From: Bugula neritina
Lineage: Eukaryota > Animalia > Bryozoa
Assembly: GCA_964035545.1 (NCBI GenBank)
Contig: OZ037769.1
Location: 4,445,929-4,509,928, forward strand
Length of the DNA: 64,000 bases
Reading direction: 5' to 3'
The position numbers and the translations under genes are program-made. Position 1 is the stretch's first letter. Each line of letters begins with the position of its first letter. Positions 1 through 18,937 of this stretch are shown here, one piece after another. The notes under the pieces were generated by a model, which saw only the letters and a program-made list of their open reading frames with translations, made no database searches and was not told the origin of the DNA.

Positions 1-57
1 TCTGTGGTTTTGCAAATAATTTATATTTAAAATAGCCGACAGTTATGAAGTGTGCAA

Positions 58-268
58 GAGCAGTCGTGGTCTAGGTGTTAGATCATTTGGCTTAGTAAAC
101 ACGAAATCATGATCCCAGTGAAGGCCATTGGTGATGTTGGAAGGAGCATTCAGTCATAATTGCTCCTGTGCCCCATATAACTATGTCCTTAACCGGCTTC
201 AACAACTCCTTTTTATCAGGGGCTTCTCACATGGATGGTGTCTATAAAATTGCGCGAGTTTGTTTTTG
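58..268 (+). mobile_element. tRNA-derived SINE family A, degraded copy
   Basis: Shares head GAGCAG(C/T)CGTGGTCTAGG, core GGCCATTGGTGATGTTGGAAGGAGCAT..CAGTCATAATTGCTCCTGTGCC and tail CTATAAA.TTGCG.GAGTTT with 8 other copies in the window. Confidence 0.8.
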
Positions 269-855
269 GAGTGTTCTACTTCACAAATGAAATTGCCAAT
301 AAGTCATGTTATCAAACAAAATGCATTTTAGATTGTTTGTGCAGTGCCTTAATGTAGTCATCGTCAATCAATTACTAGGGATGTTATAGATAAACCCATT
401 AAACTATGAACTTATAGTTTCAATTCAATGGATAAACCAGTAATCATTGGCTAACTAATTGGCCAAGGCACCCCTTATTGGATATGAAGAAATGAAGATG
501 ATATCCATTGTATTAGTAATGAAAGCATTTTTTATTCAATTCAAAGCAGCAGCATGGCATGTATTTTATGTCCGCTGTTATGTCTTAGTTCAAATGTGAT
601 AAGCTAGTGATCTAGCCTACACGGCTACACTTAATTATGACTTAAAACAAGGCTACTCCGGTGTAAATATAGAGCATGTTAAATGATGTGTGACAATTGA
701 TAGAAAAAATATATTTGTACCATTATTTTGATAAAGTATCCTAATTATAAAGTATTAGCCAATAGCAGTAGAGTTCAAGGTCATCGATTGTGATATAACT
801 GTGTGAAGTACCTACTAGCACTAGTTCATCACTGTATCACGTACATTAGCAACAC

Positions 856-8352
<7,497 letters not shown>

Positions 8353-8810
8353 CTTGTGGTAAACTTGCCTTAGCATTTTATTTGCTAGAAATAATTGAAA
8401 TCACGATAATTGGGTAAAACAGATCATGATTATATATTATTTATTTTTGACCTTGAAGCTTTTCTCCAGTTGTTTTTGTATAGCAAAATGTTTCAAATAC
8501 AATGATTTGTTTTATTTTTACAAGTTTAGTTTCTTGTTTTAAGAAATTCTTGTTTTGATTTCAACCTGACAGAATCTTATTTTTATAGCAGAGTGGAAGC
8601 TGTATTTTGTTTTACTAACAAAATCACTAATAGAAGATTTCACTAGTTTTATTTCAATAAATTTTTTTATAAACACTGCAAAGCTTTTAGCTCTTTCATA
8701 GTTTCTTAGGCAGCTTTTGAAAACACTGCTCTCACTACTGCTAGAGAATAACTAGGCAGATAATCAGTCAAGGGTCAAGAGATTATAGGTTGCAGATGCT
8801 GCTATATAAT

Positions 8811-9599
8811 CACCGGCTTTCCATGTACCGCTCTCAGATCGATCTCAGGGAGATCGATCCATGGAAAGACGTCAAAGATCGATCTCAGTCGTTCTGAGCT
8901 GGTCGGTCTGTAGAGCTCGAACTCAGATCGATCTCAAGGTAATAAGACCATGGAAAGACGAAAGATCGAACCGAGAAGTAGAAAAATGACTGCTCGCTAA
9001 AATTTCGTCTGCTAATAAAAATGATAACTTATTGTTAATTACTAAGCAAAGTACTTAATAATTAAGATAGCCACCTTTTCAAGTGGCAAAATTTTGACTT
9101 TCAGTAAAATGATTAAGAAAACTTGATTATGTAAAATTATAGACGGTAGAAGATACAAAAAGTGAGAGCATTTAAATTGAATTTAAACGACTAGTATAAC
9201 GCACTGTCATTAGTTATTTGCTGCGTAATGTTAAGCCTAAAAGTCCCATAAGTTTATGAATAAGCTGCACAACAGCTATCAATTTTATATAAGCTGTCAA
9301 GCTAAAATATTAAAATCAATTATCTTAAATTGGCCAAATTACTTCATATTAAAAGCTTTACTGCGTAGAGTTTATAGCTGACGTTAAATTTTAGACTATG
9401 AAAATTTTGTTTTTCACCAGCAGTAACTTTTATCACTCAGGTGGGTGAAAAAATTATACTATTAAAGTAGTCTTCACCTAAGAGGAGGCAACTCCGAGAG
9501 ATCGATCTGACACTCTCATGGAAAAACGATCGATCTGAGCACATTACTCAGATCGATCTCAGCGAGATCGATCTGAGATCGGTACATGGAAAGCCCGTG
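8811..9599. mobile_element. Non-autonomous DNA transposon (MITE), CAC...GTG termini, AT target duplication, subterminal AGATCGATCT repeats
   Basis: Left CACCGGCTTTCCATGTACCGCTCTCAGATCGATCTC matches reverse complement of right GAGATCGATCTGAGATCGGTACATGGAAAGCCCGTG; AT on both flanks; second partial copy at 16996. Confidence 0.9.
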
Positions 9600-10482
9600 A
9601 TTGTTATAATAAGATACAGCTACTGTTAATTATACTGTTATGTACTGCAATACACTGCTATATGTAACATTGTATGCTGATATACTGCTTTATAGGTACT
9701 GCATATGGACTACAATATGTACTGCTATATACCACTATATAATGACTTGTAGTTTTGCTTGCTGTCTAATATGTGAAGTTCAAAGTTTTTATCTGATTAA
9801 AATTCGGAGAAATTAGCAATCTACATCTAACTCAGAACAGGTATTTTTAGACAATAGTTTAGAATTTAGACTTCACTACATTAAGTCAAGGCCTGCAACT
9901 ATATGTAAATCAAAGATTTTTATGTTGTAATGCAAATATTTTTAATTGGTGAAAGTGTAATTTTAACCAAACATTTATTAGACCCAGTTGACACACATAA
10001 CCAGTCTAGACAACTGAGATCAGGTTTTTCATGAATTTACCTTTGAGGAAAATCTCAGAAGGGCTTTTCCAAGCTAGTTTTTATAGAAATGGACACATTT
10101 ATGTATTTCCATTATCAAATGCATATTACTTTATATGCTGTATATACTATGCACATAATATATTTTATTGCATTGTGTCATACCAATATGGAAATCTGTA
10201 AAGTATTTTTGTGTATTTTACATTAGCATTGAACAATATATTACAAAAGCATCTAGAGTTGTCTTTCCTAAGATTGATAACTGTGTATATTAATCTTCAT
10301 TATAAAATTGTGCTGTGAAAAACACTATAAAACAACACAATATACAATATATGTGCATTGAATCCTAAAGAATTTTATTACATTAAGATAGACAATCATT
10401 GATGACATAACGCTGACACAACGTATTCAGAATTTACTCCTAATTGACAGTCAGCAGAGATTCTTGCTTGATTTGTGAAACT

Positions 10483-11805
10483 ATGGAAGTCTTTATATTT
10501 AATGAACCATTGTGCTGCCAATTATTCTGGCTATTTTTTGTACTGGCTGCATATTACCATTTTACTACTCAGAGGTAAGTACACTGTATAAAATTGTATT
10601 ACTACTCTTATAGGATAAGTAGGCTGTATATACCATGTTCTGGAGGACGAATAATTTATAACTTGAAGGTTCTACGCTTTGACTGTTGAATGTTCTACAG
10701 TAGATCTTTGTACAAAAATCAGATAATTTGGAAGTTGCAATACCATATTTTAATTATTGTAAATTATCACAATATTTGTTTTCATTTGCAATGTACAGAA
10801 AAGGGATGAAAAGAAGTCTGCAATAATTAAAAAGGAGAGAATTGCGCTAAAGTTAGCTATTTTATATGAAAGGCTTAACTTTAATTTTGTACAACGGTCT
10901 CTAACGTATGAAATCAAGAACACAAACACATGAGGTGAGTACCTGTGTACTGTCACACTACCACTCTTAGGTCAGTTAGCTGTCTATAGAGAAAGTAACC
11001 ATACATGATCCAATATCTTCAAATTGTAAATATTGCAAAATATGAGATAAGATTTTGTAAAATAAGGTAGCAGTTTATAAATTGCAAAACAATAACTACA
11101 ATATAATGAATATCTATTTTTCCAGTACACTACATGGATATCTAAGAAGGAATGACATCATGAAAGTTCCAATGAAGTTGACAGTCACTACAGAAGTTGA
11201 CAAACTGATGAGTTTATACAAAAAGCTTAACCATAACTTTATACAAAGATCTATTAAGGACAATGTAAAGGAGCAGCTCAATGCACCAAATCCAATACTA
11301 GAGGTTATAGTTGAAGAGATCAAAGGTCAAGGTGACAGAGAAAGTTGCAAAGTCCCATGTGTGAAAAGCATTAGCATGTTTGTATTAACCTCCCAGACAA
11401 AGTAGAGAAGTTACCAGACAGAGTCATAAAACTTGTATAACAGTATGGAAATATTGACTAAGGAAGATATGCTGGGTACCAACTTTCAACTTGATGAGGA
11501 TATGAGCGACTGCAGGAGTGTCTATTGTAAGTAAATATGTTTGTATGCCAACAGTTATAGTCACATGATCATCTTGTTGTTGTTAGATAGTTATCCTATA
11601 ATCTATAAATTTATAATTTGCATAAATTGAGTGTTAAATCTTATTTTGTAGTAGAATATGAATTCAGAATGTATACATTTGTTTATCAAGTATTTTTATG
11701 TTTACAGAAAGATTGGACACTCAGGTTGAAGAAATGGAACAACCAATTGGTTTGAAAAAAAGATTTATTAATTTCTTCATTTGCAACTCTTGCAAATCTG
11801 ACTAA
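10483..11805 (+). pseudogene. Small 3-exon gene for a putative secreted protein, apparently disrupted (or with CDS ending at 11405)
   Basis: Exon 1 10483-10574 (hydrophobic MEVFIFNEPLCCQLFWLFFVLAAYYHFTTQ, AG|GTAAGT) joins in phase to 11126 (ttccag|). Frame is open to TAG 11405, has a second stop at ~11429, and reopens to donor GTAAGT at 11527. Exon 3 from 11708 ends TAA 11805 overlapping AATAAA. No family recognised. Confidence 0.4.
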
Positions 11806-12267
11806 ATAAAGCACAGGCTATAGACTGGGTTGTGATAATAAGATAGCAGCTTATATAGAGATAGAGCAGATTATTATTATATTTTGATTTATTATAATTT
11901 AATTAAAACTTTTAATTCGCATAGTAAATTAGTATTGCTGCAATATTTTATCTCTGAGTATTAATGCAAGAGAAACGTCCATGTTTAAGTAATATATGAG
12001 TTAACTTAATTCCAATTATATATAATATTATTTTAATCGAGAATACAAGTTTAAACTTGGTAAACCCTGATTTAGTTATTTCTTCTTTTTCTTAGCAGTA
12101 TAGTTATATATGAAAAACATGCATCACAGTTATGTAAAGGTGAATAGCTCACTTGTAAGCAACTTCTTCATAGCGGGAATTTGTCAGCCAAGTTAAACTA
12201 CTTAATAAAACAGGGAGACAACTTTCCATGTGTAACATGACATCAATAGACTATGTGTTATGTTGAG

Positions 12268-12268
<1 letters not shown>

Positions 12269-12313
<45 letters not shown>
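12269..12313. repeat. (AT)n microsatellite
   Basis: Directly visible. Confidence 0.95.
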
Positions 12314-12319
<6 letters not shown>

Positions 12320-12957
12320 CGCATACGTATACATAATATACTATACCTACATTATATATGTATATATATTAAAACAGGAAGAAATGGCAAGTAAAACATA
12401 ATGTTTGAAGAGCAGAAAATTGTGTTTGTACCTTTATGTGCCATGCTATATTACTGAGTTGTTGGAAAATTAGTCATGGAATTGGTATGACAACTCCCTG
12501 TGCTAACAATATCATTTCATTTTCATATGTTAAAGGTAAACTCATAAAACAACATTATTAGTGCATATACTATCTTGCTTCGCCAGATAAGTAATGTATA
12601 AACAACCAAATATCTCAATACTTCTAACATTCAGAGATCACATTTTTTGAAAATTTAGACCTTTATTCCCGAAATTATTCATTTTTATAAAAACTTTCCC
12701 CAAGCTATAGTTGTGTGATCAAACAGCATTTTGATAATCCAATATGAACAGTTAGACTAAATAGAGTTGCTTAATAATTGTAATAATTTTATTTTTAAAT
12801 TTTCCACAATTTAACCATGAGTTTGTTGAAATTACAAAATTCATAAGAATATCAACAAAATAAAACAAAAAATCGTGCCGTCTGATAATGCAATCAGCTT
12901 GTAGAAGCTAAACAACTACAGAATATATGTATATCTTCAATTGGTTGAGACTAGGCT

Positions 12958-15900
12958 CTATGTAGACAAGTTGTTTTGTTTGTCATCCAGTTTTGACAAT
13001 GTTGATATAATTTCTGCATCATTCGGTTCCGCTTCACCAATTTTGCTATCTTCTTTCGACCTGTTGAAATAAAACAAGCTTTATTAGATAATTCGAAGCT
13101 ATATAAAGCCACATTTTTATGTGATGAAGCTTCAGTTTCGAATGTCTATTGTGTTAGCATTATAAGTTTAATTGATTAACTACTGTATAATCTAATTTAA
13201 GGGGACCAACAAAGAGATCATGCTACATCGCTCTTTATAACATGATTCTTCTGTGAAAAGACAACATATTATCTATTTTGATAAGATCAAATTATCTTGC
13301 TGTCCATGACAATGAGAAGTCTGTACTACACGTTTCTAACAACTAGAAAAATGCATCTGGTTTTCATGCTAGTACCTTCTAAATTTAGAGGGTTTTTCTT
13401 TAAAAAGCAACCTTTGCAAAACACTGCCTATTGTTGCGTTTTAATATATAAAAGCATTTATGCTTAATGTCGCAGACTGAAAGAAAATAGCAATGTGAAA
13501 AAGTTATATCATAAGTTGCAAATGAAAAGATAAGTGTCAGAATAACAGAAAATGCTGGGTTTATATAACAGTCTAAAAAGTTAGCAATTTTGTAGTGGCT
13601 ATAACCATTGTAGCTACAAACATAATGCAGCTAACATAGCTATGAAAATACAAGTAAAGCTGTAATGAATTAGGAAAGCTTTCCACGCTCATGTAATGTC
13701 CCAACACCTATGATTTACAGCCTCAAACTATATACTCTAATAAACTATAGGTTGGTCTTAAAACTGTAGAAATATTAAAATAAACCCTCCAAGACTGCAA
13801 TTAAAAAATTTAGGTTCTACAGACAAAAATATAAAAAATTCAGTTGTGAATGAAATTTGTGAAGCCAAAGAACATTCTAGTCTGCCATTTCAAGAAAATG
13901 AACAATTACTTGTTATTACAGTTAGTTACTAGATGTTACACCAAACAAGCTATACTCTTTTGAATATATACTAACAGCTAGATTGGGTTGCTTGCCTACC
14001 ACTATTTCAGAATGCTATAAATATCAAACGGGTTCTATTTTGGCAAACTTTGAGAGGATGATGCAACCATATATACACCTGCTACTATACTACTACTATA
14101 CTATAACTACTATACTACTATAATATACTAATATGTAAATAGCATACTCACATGGAGGCTGTAGAGTCATTCAAGTCGCACTCTGTACTTCTAGTGTTGT
14201 CATTCAAGTCATACTCTGTATCAGATGAACAGTTAGACTCATGTTCACAATCAGCCCTACTCTCTATCACGTGGTATATGTTTGCATCATCCTTGTAATC
14301 TCCAGCATCACTGCTTGGTTGGAACATTTCAGTATCGTTGTAATATATGTTGTCATCAGTAACAGAACCTACAGGCACATAACTGTATTACAAATCATAT
14401 ATCCAGTTAAAACGACTTCGATATAAGAAAATGTAAGTTCACTTTAAACCAAGAGCTTTTAAAGATCATTGAACACAAAGGCCAGCATTTAATTGCAAAA
14501 CTATTTATAGATAAGCCAACTTAATTTATACCCGCAAAGAATACTAATCAAACAAATACAAAGAAACTACGTGATTTTAGGAACTTTGTTTCGGAGTAAA
14601 AGGTGAGAAATATACGCTTTTTGAAAATTGCCCCTTGGTAATATACCACTTAACCTCTTTTAATACTGATGTAGATTTGAATTAATTTGTGCAAGCTGGT
14701 GGCGTCTCAACATTTTTGTACTAAAAGTAAAAAAACCAATTGCTTTTACTTCTTTAAGCCACTTTTTTACTGCTTAGGGATTAAACTAACCAAGTGTGTT
14801 GTTTCTATCCCAGCTGCCAATGTGTGGTGATATGTTATATGATGGAATGTGTCTAATGGTGAAGAGGTTGTTGTCCACGTAGCACGGCTCACTAAAACAA
14901 ATATAAAATAGTTCATCAACACTTGCAAAAGAAACAAAAGTTTCACCAAATGAAGCACATATCAAAAGTTTTGGGACATATGTTTTATGATGTTCTAAGA
15001 ACTACCTGTAAGCTTAATTGAAAGTTTTAGTACTGTGCGGCTACATAAAAACGACCACTTAACACGATGAAGCTTACTCACGCAAGTTTATAGTCACCAT
15101 CCCTGTGAGAACCTCTGATAAAAAGATTTTTGTCAAATTGGGCTAAGGACTTGATAAGATGAGGCACAGGAGCAATCATGACTGGATTCTTTTTCTAACT
15201 TTGTCCGGTTAAAACCCATAACCTCGTATTTACTAGGCAAACGCTCTAACCCCTAGACCATTGCTTGCAAGGAACCAAATTAAAAAAAAAACAACTTATA
15301 GCTTTGATCTTTCATTTAACTTGCCTGCGCTCTCTTTGCTTTTTCAAAGCAATTATGATGACAATGATCAGTACCACTACTATCACCAGAAAAGTGGCCC
15401 CGGTGCTGATTCCCTGAACAAATCCCACAAGGTCTGGTTTATTCACTTTGTTAAACTTGCTTTTCTTTGTCACTGCCTTAGTTGGATCATTTACATTACT
15501 GGATTTGGTTGGGTGAACTTCACCAGCGAGCATCTTGCTTCTAGCGTGATCGTTAGACTGAAAACCTGAAAAACCAAAACATTAATTAGTTTTGTGCTAT
15601 CAACTTCCTAGTAATTATAACGTAGCGTAATGCCAGCTTCAGCAATCTCATGCTTTATTGAACTTAATTGCTGAAAGTTACAAATTTAATTTCATGCTTA
15701 GAACTTTTTACAAAAGTATTTCAATTTAATGTCAAGTTTCCATAATAATATTTCTTTCACTCGTAGATTAGATTTACTAGTCAACTTGTTACAGCTTGCA
15801 GTGCTATGTTGAAGAGGTTGTCGATCCTTATGATTAGCATGCTGTCAAAGCCGAGTAGCAAAGATATAATTTAGTCAAGAAATGTGAAGCATAAAACCAC

Positions 15901-18900
15901 ATAGTGAAAAAGTGGCTCATAGAGGCTATAGAGCCTTCAGCAAATAACAAAGTTATTTGGCCACAGAAAGCTTTCTACTGACTATACACTGCAAAAATTA
16001 CTGCTGGAAAATAAAAAGCGATCACAAAGAAAAAATTATTTTCAAGTGACATTCCATCACTGAGAAGATATAAAAAATTTGAAGAAAGTACTTACTAATT
16101 ATGCTGTTGACACTATTTTTTGTAGAGTTGACAGCAGCTAACCAGTTTAGCTTGTACGTTATCAGCTGGTTGGTATTTGACATAGTGGTCTGTGGCTGCT
16201 CATTTATTATAGTATAACGGAGAAGAAAACCTCGGTGGATGTTATTTGAGTGTCCCGTCTTGAACTGGAAGGTTACAGAATTGCCAAGTATTCTCAACTT
16301 TCTAAATTGCTTGTTTTGAAGTTGTTTCTCATCACAATACTTGACATACTTTTTGCGAGATCCATAAAGGGCTACTCCACTGACTTTCAGACGATCCTGA
16401 CAAGAAAGGAGAGTGCTCTCTTGGAGGTCAAAGAACAGAAATTCCAGCTCCATAACCATGTGAGACTGCAGACCGGTTAAAGTCAATTTGGAGTTTATTC
16501 CTTTCCCATAACTCTCGCCAAACTTTTCAGTGAAACTGTCATGGCTGACAATGTGGCCTACATTACTAGCTTCAGCCCTATTAGGGTAAATACGGTTTTC
16601 TTTGTGAATAGCCTTAGCACCTAAAATCATCACAATGCCAACAATGTCATCAAAACCTTTTATAGAATAAGGCACTATCTGAAATGGTAATCACTGAATT
16701 TATAGGCAAATAAATTGAATTACATGAAATCACTTAGAATAGTAAATTTAAAAATAGTAATGTAAGTAGTAAAAAATAGTAACTATTAGTATTGTTACAT
16801 ATTGTAATATAATTAGTAGTAGCAGTCTAGGCTAGTAGCAATGTTGTCATTATTTTGAAATACCACAGGCACTGTTAACTTATAGCACTTGCTTTACATG
16901 TATATATGCATGGCATGAGCTGAAGGAGTTTTGGTATAAATTTAGCCAAGTTAGCATGTTATTCTTAATGATTGAGAGCGAAAGGGAAGAACTATCACCG
17001 GCTTTCCATGGATCGATCTCAGATCGATTTCAGCGAGATCGATCCATGGAACGACGTCAAGATCGATCTCCATCGATCTGAGCTGGTCGGTCTGTAGAGA
17101 TCGAACTCAGATCGATCTCAAGGCAATTGTTTACACTATAATATTAATTTAAGTGACACATATTGCTGACAAACAAGCTTTCTACTGTCACCAAGTGTTA
17201 TCCCATGACACAGATTAGTTATCATCAGATCGATCTCAAGGCAATTGTTTACACTATAATATTAATTTAAGTGACACATATTGCTGACAAACAAGCTTTC
17301 TACTGTCACCAAGTGTTATCCCATGACACAGATTAGTTATCATCTTGACCTAATTCTTTTTTCAAATAACTTAATACTTGAGTTGATCATACACAGTTCA
17401 TGGTTATTGTACCATATAGTATCAGTATGGGCATTCAATTTACAAATATCAAGAATATGTGGGTGCAGTAATAAATAAATTAATAAAAGCCTGTATACTA
17501 GATTAGAAAGGTAATTGCAAAAGCTATGACCTAACGAAAATTTCAACCTTTGTCCCAAACCAAAATTTAATAAAGTTGAGGCAGCTATTGAAGATTCTCC
17601 ACTACTGCACCTAATTGTTTAAATTTTGCTATATCGTTGTGAGATCAGTGATTAAATACCACTTTAAAAAATTGCAATATTGTTAATAGATGATAAAACA
17701 CTTCATTCTACCCAATACTGGACTAAAGCTTACTGAGTAGAATTAGAGAATGATCAGCCTATTTCATCTATATGCATTTTAATCGATATGACAGGCGTGG
17801 AACATCTGTCGCAAAATGTCATAAAAGCTGCAATTCTACTAGTCATTTCAACTTCTGCAAGTTATCAAGGACTCGGTAGTAATCAGTTTTACTGTTACAC
17901 ATAGATTACAAACGTGTATACAGGAATACGAAATGCTATTAGAAAATACTAACCAATGTAATTAAGTTGAAACACGGCTGAAGTATGTGGAATCTTTTTC
18001 CCCAGTGATATAAAGTTGAGGTGAAGGAAACTTTTAGGTGAAGATAAATATTTGCTATAAAGAAGGCCTCTTTGCAAGCCGCAGAAATGTTTAACAGTTG
18101 CAGAAAGTTCTCCGGATATAACGAGCTCGTTCTGGTCGATGCAGCTGCCCGATGGCAGGATGTGGAAGTGATCGGTATATATTCCAATCCATGAATCTCG
18201 CTCAACTTGTATACTCAACTGGCAACTATGAGACCCTGGAGTTCTATTCGGATAAGCTGGACTCTCTATTTTACCATATGGTAGGGTTGGAATGACTTTC
18301 GACGTAAGATTCCAGTCACAGATGTCAAAGGGTCCAGATTGAGCATCTGCAATACCAATTCGAAATGTAATTGAAATACAGAATTGAAATAAAAAGATTT
18401 ATTTATGTTTTATAACATATTATTAATACAGTATTATTATTAAATACATTTGACGAATCAAGTTCAAGTTAGGGGAATGTAGAATAGCTGTGGTTTTAGC
18501 AAAATCTAGTTCTGAGAAATATTTGTAATGTAAAATCCAAAATTTAAGCCAAGTTTAGGAATCTATAAAAAATGCAACAATTTTGGTAGATAAAAGTTAT
18601 AACATTGTTCCTGTAAATTGGAAAAAAACAAACTCATATTATTATTACTCATTAACTTTTGTGTCTCTACACTTTGTTATTATTGATTGCTTTCTTAATT
18701 TTCAAATTTTTATACAGTGTAATTTAACAGGAATTTAAATGGCACAATTGGAATAGTGGCTAAATAAAACATAAAAAATAGTCTTGATAAACTAATGGCC
18801 AGCACTTGATACATTTGTTATGAACTAGTCTATACCATGTTTAGCCTATCTATTCAAATCTTCTATTTTCACTTACAATTGACAAGAGCTGTTACATCCT

Positions 18901-18937
18901 TGCAAAGTAAAGCAAGAACTAGCAGTAAAACCTCCAT
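12958..18937 (-). CDS. Type I transmembrane protein with two CUB-like domains and an acidic Tyr-motif cytoplasmic tail; 7 coding exons
   Basis: Phase-consistent exons 18937-18877 (signal MEVLLLVLALLCKDVTA), 18346-17954 (CUB: C..GKIESPAYP..C.LSIQV..C.D..L.I..FCG..FQLNY), 16620-16096 (divergent CUB: LEFLFFDLQE..CQDRLKV..YC..VTFQFKT..RGFLLRY), 15565-15325 (TM ATFLVIVVVLIIVIIIAL then KKQRER), 14891-14792, 14368-14152, 13060-12958 (TAG). Confidence 0.82.
15075..15266 (-). mobile_element. tRNA-derived SINE family A, internally deleted copy
   Basis: Reverse complement of the family tail (ACTCACGCAAGTTTATAGTCACC) and head (CTCTAACCCCTAGACCA). Confidence 0.85.
16996..17123 (+). mobile_element. Left end (truncated copy) of the CAC...GTG MITE family
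   Basis: AT|CACCGGCTTTCCATG...GAGCTGGTCGGTCTGTAGAG..CGAACTCAGATCGATCTCAAGG aligns with 8811-8939. Confidence 0.88.
17107..17344. repeat. 118-bp direct tandem duplication
   Basis: TCAGATCGATCTCAAGGCAATTG...CACAGATTAGTTATCATC starts at both 17107 and 17225. Confidence 0.92.

Noticed and set aside
14284-14301. DYKDDA, resembling a FLAG tag
   Set aside because: Partial chance match inside a natural acidic exon with no vector context
16621-16680. Acceptor at 16679 and ORF start MPYSIKG for the second CUB exon
   Set aside because: In the required phase it hits TGA after 9 codons; the acceptor at 16621 restores the frame
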